A DNA stretch of 64,000 nt, from contig OZ242320.1 in the NCBI GenBank assembly GCA_965208125.1, forward strand, positions 3,104,001 to 3,168,000, in the 5' to 3' direction. The position numbers were made by a program, and so were the translations under genes. The stretch is from Candidatus Latescibacterota bacterium. GTDB taxonomy: Bacteria; Latescibacterota; UBA2968. The notes beneath the pieces were generated by a model. That model searched no databases. It worked only from the letters and a program-made list of their open reading frames with translations, and was not told the DNA's origin. Of the stretch, positions 17,040 to 26,758 are shown piece by piece; within the stretch, counting starts at the first letter, position 1; the number at the start of each line of letters is the position of its first letter.

Positions 17040-19838
17040 ATGTCATTCGATATTGCTGCAATTGCCAATGCCGATTATATCGACGCGATGTATGAGAAAT
17101 ACAAACAAGACCCAGATCTGGTGGATGAAAGATGGCATATATTTTTTGCGGGGTTTGATTTGGGGATACAGCGCGATGGTGCCGACTTGACTCCAGATAC
17201 GTCAGATGAAAGCCAGGCGGAGGAAAATGTCCTGGCGTTTCTCGATGCTTATGACACGTTGGAGGAATATACCCGCATGGATGCGAATAGGCAGCAGGGC
17301 GCTCTGGCCCTGGTCAATGCGTATCGCACATGGGGGCACCTGGTCGCCGATATCGCGCCGATGAGTTATACGCGCCCACCGTATCCGCTGTTGGAGTTGT
17401 CGGAATACGGCTTTGCGGAAGAGGACCTGGATCAAATTGTCGGCGATGGCGGGTTCCTCGGTCCCACGGACGGGACGTTGCGCGACCTCGTTGCAAAGCT
17501 CAGGCAAACATATTGCGGTTCTGTGGCGGTAGAATACACGGATATTCCGTATAAGAGCCAGCACGAGTGGCTGGAGCAGCACATGGAGCCGATCTTAAAT
17601 TCGCCGAAATTCAGCGCGGAACAATGCCGGGATCTGCTTAGACAATTGATTGAGGCACAGGAATTTGAACAATTTTTGCATGTTAAATATATCGGGAAAA
17701 AGCGATTTTCTATTGAAGGCGGCGAAGCACTTATCCCGATGTTGCACGCGCTTATCGAAACGGGAGCTGCGTTAAATGTCGAAGAAATGGTGATGGGGAT
17801 GGCGCATCGCGGCAGGCTCAATGTGCTCACGCATATTATGCAAAAGCCCTATCCGGAGATATTCAGTGAGTTTGAGGGCGTTGAGATAGGTCGATCCGAG
17901 GGGTCGGGCGATGTAAAATACCACATGGGGTTCGCCCATGAGTATGTCACGCGCGATGGTCATACGGTGCATTTGGGTTTGACGCCCAATCCGAGTCACC
18001 TCGAGTTGGTCAATCCCGTGATTGAGGGCATTGTTTGTACGAAGCAAGAGACAAAAGGCGATGTTCAACACGAGCATATCGTACCGCTGATCATTCACGG
18101 CGATGCCGCTTTTGCCGGGCAGGGTATTGTGCCTGAGACGATTTGCTTGTCCCATCTGGATGGCTATGATAATGGGGGTACGATTCACATTGTTGTGAAT
18201 AACCAGATCGGTTTTACAGCACTGCCCCGGGAATCCCGTTTTACAGCGTATCCAACAGATGTGGCAAAGATTGTTAAGATGCCCATTTTTCACGTCAATG
18301 CCGATGATCCCGAAGCTGTGGTACACGCGGCGCGCATGGCTATGGCTTATCGCCAGGCGGTGAAGAACGATGTGATTATCGATCTGTGGTGTTATCGCCG
18401 ATACGGTCACAATGAATCCGACGATCCCGTTTTCACTCAGCCCCTGCAATCTGCTGAGATCGCCGAGCATCCAACGGTTGTCGATTTGTATGCGAGGCGT
18501 TTAATTGAGCAAAATATCGCAACAGAGGATGATGTCGATGCAATGAAGCAGGCTGTGCGTGAGAAGCTCGAGGCGGCATTCGTAGATGCCAAAAATCAAA
18601 AGACAAAACCGCGTGAGCCAGCATTTGGAGGCGCGTGGAAGGGATTTGGGAAGGCAGGTGCAGATCGCACGGCAAAGACTGCGGTGCGTAGAGAAAAATT
18701 GATTGATATTGCCGAAAAGGCGACGACTGTACCCGAGGGTTTTAACGCCTATCGCAAATTGATGCGCCAACTCGATTACCGCATGCAAATGGTCCACGGT
18801 AAGGTGGGAATGGACTGGGGCTGCGCGGAGATGCTCGCGTTTGGCAGTTTGTTGGTCAATGGATTTCCGGTGCGATTGGCAGGGCAAGATTCTCAGCGGG
18901 GTACATTTAGTCATCGACAAGCGGTGTGGCACGACGTCAAAAATGGCGCGATTTATTCACCGCTGAACCATCTATCGGATGGTCAGGGTGGTTTCAGGGT
19001 CTATAATACGATGCTGTCGGAGTTGGCGGTGCTGGGCTTTGAGTTTGGCGTGAGTTATGCCAATCCCAATAAATTGACGATCTGGGAAGCCCAGTTTGGC
19101 GATTTTGCCAATGGCGCGCAGATGATTATCGATCAGTTTATTTCCAGTTCAGAGGCCAAATGGCACAAGATGAGCGGGCTGGTGATGCTGTTGCCGCACG
19201 GGTTTGAAGGCCAGGGACCAGAGCATTCGAGTGCGCGGTTAGAGCGATTTCAGGCGCTGTGTGCCGAAGACAATATGCAGGTGGGCTGCCCCACGCTGCC
19301 CGCGCAGTATTTTCATTTGCTGCGCCGCCAGATGCTGCGCGCATTTCGCAAGCCCCTCGTTTTGATGATGCCAAAGAGTTTGTTGCGACTCAAAGAATCG
19401 ACCTCAACGCTCGAGGATTTGTCCGAGGGGGCGTTTTACCCTGTTTTAGACGATCCCGCACAGCCCGATCCCGGCGGTGTGAAGCGCGTTGTTTTTTGTA
19501 CGGGTAAGGTCTTTTTTGACTTAAAAGAGGGACGAGATAAAAAGGGCGAAGAGCGGCTTGCTCTGGTGCGGATTGAGGAACACTATCCCTTTCCGTGGGA
19601 TGAAGTGGGTGCTATACTCGAGACGTACGGCGATGCGGATATTTTTTGGGGACAAGAAGAGCCGCAAAATATGGGTAGTTGGGATTTTATGGAGCCAAAA
19701 CTTCGCAGGTTACTCGATAACAAAAAGCCGGTGCGCTATCTGGGACGAAAGCCCACGGCTGCAACGGCTACGGGTATTCAGTCGGTGCATTTGACCGAAC
19801 AGCAAGAGATCGTGGAGACGGCTCTGGATTTTTCTTAG
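17040..19838 (+). CDS. sucA: 2-oxoglutarate dehydrogenase E1
   Basis: GMAHRGRLN, GDVKYH, HGDAAFAGQG, WEAQFGDFAN, GPEHSSAR. Confidence 0.97.
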   Translation: MSFDIAAIANADYIDAMYEKYKQDPDLVDERWHIFFAGFDLGIQRDGADLTPDTSDESQAEENVLAFLDAYDTLEEYTRMDANRQQGALALVNAYRTWGHLVADIAPMSYTRPPYPLLELSEYGFAEEDLDQIVGDGGFLGPTDGTLRDLVAKLRQTYCGSVAVEYTDIPYKSQHEWLEQHMEPILNSPKFSAEQCRDLLRQLIEAQEFEQFLHVKYIGKKRFSIEGGEALIPMLHALIETGAALNVEEMVMGMAHRGRLNVLTHIMQKPYPEIFSEFEGVEIGRSEGSGDVKYHMGFAHEYVTRDGHTVHLGLTPNPSHLELVNPVIEGIVCTKQETKGDVQHEHIVPLIIHGDAAFAGQGIVPETICLSHLDGYDNGGTIHIVVNNQIGFTALPRESRFTAYPTDVAKIVKMPIFHVNADDPEAVVHAARMAMAYRQAVKNDVIIDLWCYRRYGHNESDDPVFTQPLQSAEIAEHPTVVDLYARRLIEQNIATEDDVDAMKQAVREKLEAAFVDAKNQKTKPREPAFGGAWKGFGKAGADRTAKTAVRREKLIDIAEKATTVPEGFNAYRKLMRQLDYRMQMVHGKVGMDWGCAEMLAFGSLLVNGFPVRLAGQDSQRGTFSHRQAVWHDVKNGAIYSPLNHLSDGQGGFRVYNTMLSELAVLGFEFGVSYANPNKLTIWEAQFGDFANGAQMIIDQFISSSEAKWHKMSGLVMLLPHGFEGQGPEHSSARLERFQALCAEDNMQVGCPTLPAQYFHLLRRQMLRAFRKPLVLMMPKSLLRLKESTSTLEDLSEGAFYPVLDDPAQPDPGGVKRVVFCTGKVFFDLKEGRDKKGEERLALVRIEEHYPFPWDEVGAILETYGDADIFWGQEEPQNMGSWDFMEPKLRRLLDNKKPVRYLGRKPTAATATGIQSVHLTEQQEIVETALDFS

Positions 19839-19850
19839 GGAGGCGCGTAC

Positions 19851-21050
19851 ATGCCTGTTGATGTAGTTTTGCCCGAATTGGGAGAGTCAGTGACCGATGC
19901 CATTCTGGTCGAGTGGTTGAAATCGGATGGCGAGGCCGTGACGGTGGATGAACCCCTTGCAGTTATTGAAACGGATAAAGCCGATGTCGAATTGCCCGCG
20001 CCTTCGGCGGGTGTGTTGCATACACTGAAGGCCGATGGCGATACGATTGAGGTCGGCGAGACCATTGCTACAATCGATGAGGATGGCAAAGCCGTTTTAA
20101 AGGCCGAAGTATCGGAGAAGGTCGATGCGCCTGTAGAGCCTGTAGAGACAGATGGTTTGAGTCCGGCGGTGCGCCGATTAGTGACAGAGCACGACCTCGA
20201 TCCCGCGGCGATTACGGGTACGGGAAAAGACGGGCGATTGACCAAAGGAGATGTGCTGGCGTATCTCGATTCTGAAGTGTCTGAAGGACCGGATCCGCCG
20301 GTTTCTGAACCCGAAGTTCCTGCACCATCTCCTGCGCCCGCTACTTCGAGCGATGGCGAGCGGCGCGAACCCATGAGCCAAATTCGCACGCGCATTGCCG
20401 AGCGTCTGGTTTCTGCACAGCAGACAGCGGCGATGTTGACGACGTTTAATGAAGTCGATATGAGCGGTATTTTTGATTTGCGCGCGAAATACAAAGAGAT
20501 GTTTGCGGATGTGCACGGCATATCTCTGGGTTTGATGTCCTTTTTTGTGCGTGCCTGTGTTATTGCTTTGCAGGAATATCCCGATGTAAATGCCAGTATC
20601 GATGGTTCTGATATTGTCTATCGCGATTATGTCAATATGGGCATTGCAGTGGGTACTGATCGCGGTCTTGTCGTGCCGGTTTTGAAGTCGGCTGAGCGCA
20701 TGTCTTTTGCTACTATTGAGTCTGAAATTAAGCGCGTGGCTCTCTCTGCACGAGAAGGCAAGCTGGGGTTGGATGAGCTGAGCGGGGGCACGTTTACAAT
20801 TACCAATGGCGGGGTGTTTGGGTCGCTGTTGTCAACGCCTATTCTCAATCCGCCTCAGACGGGTATTTTGGGCATGCACGCGATTCAGAATCGGCCCATC
20901 GCCGTGGGGGATGAGGTGGTTGTTCGCCCGATGATGTATCTGGCATTGACTTATGATCACCGCCTGATTGACGGTCAGACTTCGGTCACTTTTCTCGTTC
21001 GCGTAAAAGATCTGCTCGAAGATCCCGCACGTATGATGCTGGAAGTGTGA
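19851..21050 (+). CDS. sucB: dihydrolipoamide succinyltransferase E2
   Basis: lipoyl ETDKA, E3-binding [18 protein letters not shown]. Confidence 0.97.
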   Translation: MPVDVVLPELGESVTDAILVEWLKSDGEAVTVDEPLAVIETDKADVELPAPSAGVLHTLKADGDTIEVGETIATIDEDGKAVLKAEVSEKVDAPVEPVETDGLSPAVRRLVTEHDLDPAAITGTGKDGRLTKGDVLAYLDSEVSEGPDPPVSEPEVPAPSPAPATSSDGERREPMSQIRTRIAERLVSAQQTAAMLTTFNEVDMSGIFDLRAKYKEMFADVHGISLGLMSFFVRACVIALQEYPDVNASIDGSDIVYRDYVNMGIAVGTDRGLVVPVLKSAERMSFATIESEIKRVALSAREGKLGLDELSGGTFTITNGGVFGSLLSTPILNPPQTGILGMHAIQNRPIAVGDEVVVRPMMYLALTYDHRLIDGQTSVTFLVRVKDLLEDPARMMLEV

Positions 21051-21062
21051 AAGGAGCATTTC

Positions 21063-22448
21063 GTGGCAGATAATACATTCGATCTCATTGTTATTGGTGC
21101 TGGACCGGGAGGGTATGTGGCGGCGATTCGCGCGGCGCAATTGGGCATGCGCGTGGCGTGTGTTGAGAAACAGGCATTGGGGGGTACATGTCTGAATGTG
21201 GGCTGTATTCCGAGTAAAGCCCTTTTGGAGTCGAGTGAGTTGTTTCATCAGGCGGAGTCTTCGTTGGGTCTTCACGGTGTGAAGACCGGTGGTGTGGAAC
21301 TGGATTTGAAGGGTATGATGAAGCGCAAGTCCAGTATTGTGCGGAGGATGACGGGCGGTATCCGCGGTCTGTTTCGGAAGAATAAGGTGACGCATATTTC
21401 GGGGCTGGGGCGGTTGGCTGGCGATGGAAAAGTCGATGTCGGAGGGGATGTTTATTCGGCTGAGCGCATTTTGATTGCTACGGGCAGTTCTGCTATTGAG
21501 TTGCCCAATTTGCCTTTTGACGGCGAGTATGTGATCAGTTCGACCGAGGCGTTGGCACTGGATGAGGTGCCCGGGAAGATGATTGTTATTGGCGCTGGTG
21601 CGATCGGTCTCGAGTTAGGGTCGGTGTGGCATCGCCTGGGTGCGGAGGTGCATGTGGTGGAATTTCTCGATGGGGTGACGCCGACGATGGACCGCGAATT
21701 GTCCCGCGGTTTGCAGAAGGTGCTGGAGAAGCAGGGGCTGAAGTTTTCGTTTGAAACGCGCGCGGAGTCGGCAGAGGTTCGCGATGGTAAGGTGATTGTA
21801 ACTCTCGCACAGGGCGATGAGACGACTTCTGAGACGTGTGACCGATTGCTGGTCGCTGTTGGGCGAAGACCAAATACCGATGGGCTGGGTGGCGAAGATG
21901 TGGGCTTGGAGATGGATGACCAGGGACGCATTCTGGTCAATGAGGTGTTTGAGACAAATTTGCCGGGTGTCTATGCGATTGGCGATGTGATTCCCGGTCC
22001 GATGCTGGCGCACAAGGCAGAGGAAGAGGGCGTGGCTGCGGTGGAATGTATGGCGGGAAGGGCGGGGCATGTGAATTATGGCGCGATTCCCAATGTGGTG
22101 TACACGCATCCAGAATTGGCATCGGTGGGGCTGACAGAGGAGCAAGTTGTAGCGGATGGCATTCCCTACAAGGTGGGTAAGTTTCCAATAGCTGCCAATG
22201 GTCGCGCGCATACGCTACAGGCAGTGGATGGAGAGGTGAAGATTATTGCCCACGAAGAGACAGATCGCGTTATGGGGATTCACATTTTGGCCGCACGCGC
22301 GTCCGATATGCTCGCCGAAGGGGTTCTGGCGATGGAGTTTTCCGCGAGTGCAGAGGATATTGCGCGAACGATGCACGCGCATCCCACGCTTCCAGAGGCG
22401 CTGAAGGAGGCCGCGTTGAATGTGGAAGACGAGGCGATTCATATTTGA
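21063..22448 (+). CDS. lpdA: dihydrolipoyl dehydrogenase
   Basis: GAGPGG, GGTCLNVGCIPSK, HAHPTLPE. Confidence 0.97.
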   Translation: MADNTFDLIVIGAGPGGYVAAIRAAQLGMRVACVEKQALGGTCLNVGCIPSKALLESSELFHQAESSLGLHGVKTGGVELDLKGMMKRKSSIVRRMTGGIRGLFRKNKVTHISGLGRLAGDGKVDVGGDVYSAERILIATGSSAIELPNLPFDGEYVISSTEALALDEVPGKMIVIGAGAIGLELGSVWHRLGAEVHVVEFLDGVTPTMDRELSRGLQKVLEKQGLKFSFETRAESAEVRDGKVIVTLAQGDETTSETCDRLLVAVGRRPNTDGLGGEDVGLEMDDQGRILVNEVFETNLPGVYAIGDVIPGPMLAHKAEEEGVAAVECMAGRAGHVNYGAIPNVVYTHPELASVGLTEEQVVADGIPYKVGKFPIAANGRAHTLQAVDGEVKIIAHEETDRVMGIHILAARASDMLAEGVLAMEFSASAEDIARTMHAHPTLPEALKEAALNVEDEAIHI

Positions 22449-22454
22449 AAAAAA

Positions 22455-24248
22455 ATGACCATTTTGGAATTACATCATATTGCAATGGCTTACGGTGCTC
22501 AGGATGTGCTGGTTGATGTGTCTTTTAAGATCAATAAAGGCGAAAAGGTTGGTTTGATTGGTGACAATGGCTGCGGAAAGACCACCATTTTAAAACTGAT
22601 TGCAGGTATTGAAAGACCCATTTCTGGCACTGTGAGTAAGGTAAAAGGCATATCTACGGGATATCTCGCGCAGCACCTGAAATTTCAGGCGGGAAGGCGT
22701 GTTGAAGAAGAAATCGCCTCGGTATTTGAAGCAGTCAATCGGATGCAGCGCAAAATGCGCAAACTGGAAGCTCAGATGGCAAATGGTGCGTCTGATCAGA
22801 TCAACGCTGTGATGGAACAGTATGGGCGCTTACAGGAGGCTTTTGAGCGGGCAGATGGCTATGCTTGTCAGGCAAAAATTGATGCGGTCATAGATGGACT
22901 GGGTATAGGAGCTTGGCGGGACCAATCTACCGATGTACTGAGTGGCGGTGAAAAGAATCTGGTGGGATTGGCAAAAATTCTGCTGGGCGAGCCCGATCTG
23001 CTGTTGCTGGACGAACCGGGCAATCACCTCGATTTTGAAGGGTTGGCCTGGTTAGAGACATTTTTGCAAAATTTGGACCGAACGGTGATTCTGGTATCAC
23101 ACGATCGCTATATGCTGGACCGGGTTGTGAATCGGGTCGTGGAAGTTGAAGCTGGAAAAGCCAGCACATATATGGGCAATTATTCGGCCTACCGCACAGA
23201 AAAATTGCGTCAATTGCTCCTGCAGAAAGCGGCATACGACAACCAGCAGAAGAAAATTCAACGACTGGAGGAAATGATCAAGCGTTTTGAATTGTGGGGT
23301 GGGGAAAAAAATATACGACGTGCGAGAAACAAGGAAAAAATGCTGGACCGCATAGATCGGATCCATCGGCCAGTCATGGATCGCCAGCGCATTGATCCTG
23401 CATTTGGCGCAATTCAGGGTAGTGGAAAAATTGCTTTGGAGTTGCGAAAGTACGGGCGCAAAGCAGGTCAACGCACGCTGTTTCGAGATGTTGATTTGCT
23501 GGTGCAATCGGGCGAGCGCGTCGGATTGGTTGGGGGTAATGGGACGGGCAAATCCATGCTCTTTAAGGATATTGTTGCCGAGGCTGCCTGGGAACACCCC
23601 ACAATGCGAATTGGTCCACGCATAAAATTGGGATATTACGCACAAGAACACGAGACCTTAAATGACAACCGAACGATTCTCGAAGAGATCTGTTTGTCGG
23701 GTGAGTTGAACCGCGATCAGGGAGGTGGAGTGTTGTCCAGGTTTTTATTTGGATGGCGTGATCTGGACAAAAAAGTCGGCAATTTAAGCGGTGGGGAAAA
23801 AAGCCGCGTTCAGTTGGCCTGTTTGATGGTGTCTGGGGCCAATATGTTGCTATTGGACGAGCCAACCAATCATCTGGATATCGCATCCCGCGAGCAAGTG
23901 GAAGATGCCCTTGAAGACTTTGACGGTACACTTATAGTGATTTCACACGATCGCTATTTCCTCGATAAAATCGCCGAGCGCGTGATTGAAGTGCGCGATC
24001 TGAATTTGGAATCCCATGTGGGCAATTTCTCAGATTTTTGGACAAAACGGAGATCAAATAAGACGCCAGATGGAGAGATCTATTCTGAGGTTGAAAAACA
24101 AATTGAGGCGTTGGAAGATGAAAAATTGCGATTGGAACGGGGGATGGCATCGGCTTTTAAAAAAAGAGATTTCAAGCGGGGAGACCGCCTCAGCCGTAGA
24201 TTGCGTCTGGTGGAACAGCAGATTGAAAACCTTTATGAGGCTTTGTAA
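22455..24248 (+). CDS. ABC-F family ATP-binding protein
   Basis: two ABC domains (GDNGCGKT, GGNGTGKS, LSGGE x2, LLLDEP..HLD, SHDRY), no TM segments. Confidence 0.92.
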   Translation: MTILELHHIAMAYGAQDVLVDVSFKINKGEKVGLIGDNGCGKTTILKLIAGIERPISGTVSKVKGISTGYLAQHLKFQAGRRVEEEIASVFEAVNRMQRKMRKLEAQMANGASDQINAVMEQYGRLQEAFERADGYACQAKIDAVIDGLGIGAWRDQSTDVLSGGEKNLVGLAKILLGEPDLLLLDEPGNHLDFEGLAWLETFLQNLDRTVILVSHDRYMLDRVVNRVVEVEAGKASTYMGNYSAYRTEKLRQLLLQKAAYDNQQKKIQRLEEMIKRFELWGGEKNIRRARNKEKMLDRIDRIHRPVMDRQRIDPAFGAIQGSGKIALELRKYGRKAGQRTLFRDVDLLVQSGERVGLVGGNGTGKSMLFKDIVAEAAWEHPTMRIGPRIKLGYYAQEHETLNDNRTILEEICLSGELNRDQGGGVLSRFLFGWRDLDKKVGNLSGGEKSRVQLACLMVSGANMLLLDEPTNHLDIASREQVEDALEDFDGTLIVISHDRYFLDKIAERVIEVRDLNLESHVGNFSDFWTKRRSNKTPDGEIYSEVEKQIEALEDEKLRLERGMASAFKKRDFKRGDRLSRRLRLVEQQIENLYEAL

Positions 24249-24270
24249 GTTATATTGTCAGCGTTATAAG

Positions 24271-24303
24271 AAAACACCGCAGCAAATCTGCTGCGGTGTT
24301 TTT
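24271..24303. terminator. bidirectional intrinsic terminator
   Basis: AAAACACCGCAGCA-AATC-TGCTGCGGTGTTTTT. Confidence 0.85.
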
Positions 24304-24326
24304 GTTTTAAGACTGTCCTGCTCCGT

Positions 24327-24632
24327 TTATTCCAGATCTTTGAGGGGTATTGATAGGGCGTCTCGCAGTATTTTGCCGGGTTTGAATCCGACTTTGCGAC
24401 GTGCAGGCACATAGACTTCTTCGCCAGTTCGGGGATTGCGCGCGCGAGGACGGGCATTGGTGCGTTTGACTTCCCAGCTTCCAAAGCCTCGAATTTCGAT
24501 CCGTTCACCTTCAATAATAGCTTCTGCAAGAGTTTCAAAGAGTACATCTACGGCTTGTTTCGCCATTGTGTTTTTGCAGTCGATTTCATCTGCAAGTATT
24601 TTTGCCAGATCTGCCTTGGTGATGGTTTGCAC
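24327..24632 (-). CDS. HU/IHF family DNA-binding protein
   Basis: TKADL, IEIRGFGSW, ARNPRTGE..V, FKPGK. Confidence 0.93.
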   Translation of the reverse strand: MQTITKADLAKILADEIDCKNTMAKQAVDVLFETLAEAIIEGERIEIRGFGSWEVKRTNARPRARNPRTGEEVYVPARRKVGFKPGKILRDALSIPLKDLE

Positions 24633-24721
24633 TCGCTACCCTCCGCAAAAAGTGCCAAACGCATTGAACAAAATAAAGCGTTTCAGGCGATTATCCAGAA
24701 AACAATGAAGCGACTATTCAC

Positions 24722-24753
24722 AAAAAAACGGCGACCTCGCTGGATGGTCACCG
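24722..24753 (-). terminator. terminator after tRNA
   Basis: minus strand CGGTGACC...GGTCGCCG-T7. Confidence 0.7.
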
Positions 24754-24763
24754 CGATGATTTA

Positions 24764-24840
24764 TGGTGGGCGCACAGGGACTCGAACCCCGGACCAACGG
24801 ATTATGAGTCCGTCGCTCTAACCAACTGAGCTATGCGCCC
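24764..24840 (-). tRNA. tRNA with CAT anticodon, most likely tRNA-Ile2 (elongator Met not excluded)
   Basis: GGGCGCATAGCTCAGTTGGTTAGAGCGACGGACTCATAATCCGTTGGTCCGGGGTTCGAGTCCCTGTGCGCCCACCA; G1-C72 (not fMet), C4-G69, encoded CCA. Confidence 0.9.
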
Positions 24841-24918
24841 CAAATTTAGTTTGGCTAATCCAATGCGAAAAACAAAGATAAGGAACATAGATAAGTTGTC
24901 AACTGAAAACTGGATACC

Positions 24919-26700
24919 TCATGAAAGTTCTTTGGGTTCAACCATCGCTTTTCGCCGGGCTGTAAGGTGGCGGTGTTTTTCCAGCGTGGCGCGCAGGTCG
25001 TCGGAAGAAAGCGGTTGGCGCAATTGCTTTTCGATCAGTTCGATTTCGCGTTCGAGACTTTTGAGATGGAACTTGTGAATATAATCTTGAATGGGGATAT
25101 CGATGTTGGGATTCTCAATGCCGATTTCCAGAGATAGGTCGGTTAATATGCGGCTTAAGCGATTATCGTTGCACTGATTGATGAGGTGTGCGATCTCGAT
25201 AGATTGGTTCTGCTGTCGGTTGTGGGCAATCAGGGTAGCGATTTGCCGGTATGCACTATTTGTAAAGTTGTCGGGAGATATTTGTTTGAATACACTATCG
25301 GCGGTTTCGGGATGTTGCATCAGGTAGGTGAGCAGTTCGCGTTCGGAACGGGGCCGCGTATCATAAGTTTCGGGTTCTGGTTGTCCATTTTGTGGTCTTG
25401 TAGAGCTGCGTTGCGTTTGGGCAATGCCAATGAGGATTTCTTCATCTATTCCGATTTTTTCGGCGATGTCTTTGATGAGAAATTGTTTGAGCGCGTTGTC
25501 TGTGATGCGCCCAACGAGTTCGGCCAATGCGTGTGCTGTCCGGGTTTTGCCATCTACGGTGGAGAGGTCGTTTTGTTGAGCAAGTTGTTCTATGAGGAAG
25601 TCGATGGCGGGTGCGGCGTTTTCGGTGAGGCGCAGAAGGCCATTGGGTCCCTGGGCGCGCACATAGCTGTCGGGGTCGTGGTCTTCGGGCAGGGTGACAA
25701 CGCGCACTTCGAGGCCCACTTCAAAGAGCGATCCGATTCCCCGCATTGCCGCGGTTGCCCCGGCGGTGTCGCCGTCGAAGATGAGTATGGTTTTGGGCGC
25801 GTAACGCCTGAGCAGGCGCGCGTGGTCGGGAGTGAGTGCTGTGCCCGAGGATGCGACCGCGTTTTCAATGCCGTATTGCGATAGGGCAATGAGGTCCATA
25901 TACCCTTCTACAACGAGTGCTGTTCCCGCGTCGCGAATGGCATCTCTATTGCGCCACAAGCCGTACAGGGTGGCGCTTTTGTTGTACACAGGGGTTTCCG
26001 GAGAGTTGATGTATTTGGCCTGTTCGTTGGGGTCAAGGGCGCGCGCGCCAAAAGCGACGGGGCGTCCTGTGGCGGCGTGAATGGGGAAGGTGATGCGGTT
26101 GCGAAAGCGGTCGTAAAAACCGCCTCCTGTTTGCCTTGGTGTGACCAGTCCGGCGCGTTCGAGTATTTGCGGAGAGAATCCCCGGCGGGTGGCGACTTGC
26201 AAGAAGCCATCCCACTGGTCGGGCGCATAACCGAGGGAAAAGGCATCGATCACATCGCGGTTTATGCCGCGGTTCTCGAGGTAGGCCATTGCATCGGCGG
26301 CTTTCTCGTCTTGCGTGAGCAGGTGGTGAAAATATTTGACCGCGAGTTCATTGGCGCGGTAGAGTTGATCAAAGACTTCCTGCTGGTCCGAGTCTGCGGG
26401 TTTTGAATCGGGCAAGGCTATGCCCGCGCGATCGGCGAGTTGGCGAACGGCTTCGATAAAGCTGATGTTTTCTATGTCGCGCAGAAATGTAAAGCTGTTG
26501 CCGCCCGCACCGCAGGCGAAACACTTGTAGATCTGTTTTTCTTGCGAGACGTTTAAGGAGGGTGTGGAGTCGTCGTGGAAGGGACACAGGCCGACAAAGC
26601 TTTTGCCCCGGCGGGTCAGTGCAACGTGGTCGCCAACAACATCGACGATGTCAATGGACAGGCGCACTTGGTCGATGACAGTTTCTGGAATGCGCGGCAT
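24919..26700 (-). CDS. dnaG: DNA primase
   Basis: CPFHDD..PS..CFAC zinc finger, KYINSPET, VEGYMD, FDGD TOPRIM, DPD; start at MPRIPE. Confidence 0.97.
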   Translation of the reverse strand: MPRIPETVIDQVRLSIDIVDVVGDHVALTRRGKSFVGLCPFHDDSTPSLNVSQEKQIYKCFACGAGGNSFTFLRDIENISFIEAVRQLADRAGIALPDSKPADSDQQEVFDQLYRANELAVKYFHHLLTQDEKAADAMAYLENRGINRDVIDAFSLGYAPDQWDGFLQVATRRGFSPQILERAGLVTPRQTGGGFYDRFRNRITFPIHAATGRPVAFGARALDPNEQAKYINSPETPVYNKSATLYGLWRNRDAIRDAGTALVVEGYMDLIALSQYGIENAVASSGTALTPDHARLLRRYAPKTILIFDGDTAGATAAMRGIGSLFEVGLEVRVVTLPEDHDPDSYVRAQGPNGLLRLTENAAPAIDFLIEQLAQQNDLSTVDGKTRTAHALAELVGRITDNALKQFLIKDIAEKIGIDEEILIGIAQTQRSSTRPQNGQPEPETYDTRPRSERELLTYLMQHPETADSVFKQISPDNFTNSAYRQIATLIAHNRQQNQSIEIAHLINQCNDNRLSRILTDLSLEIGIENPNIDIPIQDYIHKFHLKSLEREIELIEKQLRQPLSSDDLRATLEKHRHLTARRKAMVEPKELS

Positions 26701-26758
26701 GTTAAGGAACTCCCCGGGGAGAGGGGATGGAGGCTGTAACAGGTGTTGCAAGCTAATT

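Noticed and set aside
24764-24840. tRNA as island integration site
   Set aside because: Flanked by housekeeping genes; no duplicated 3' end or integrase seen.
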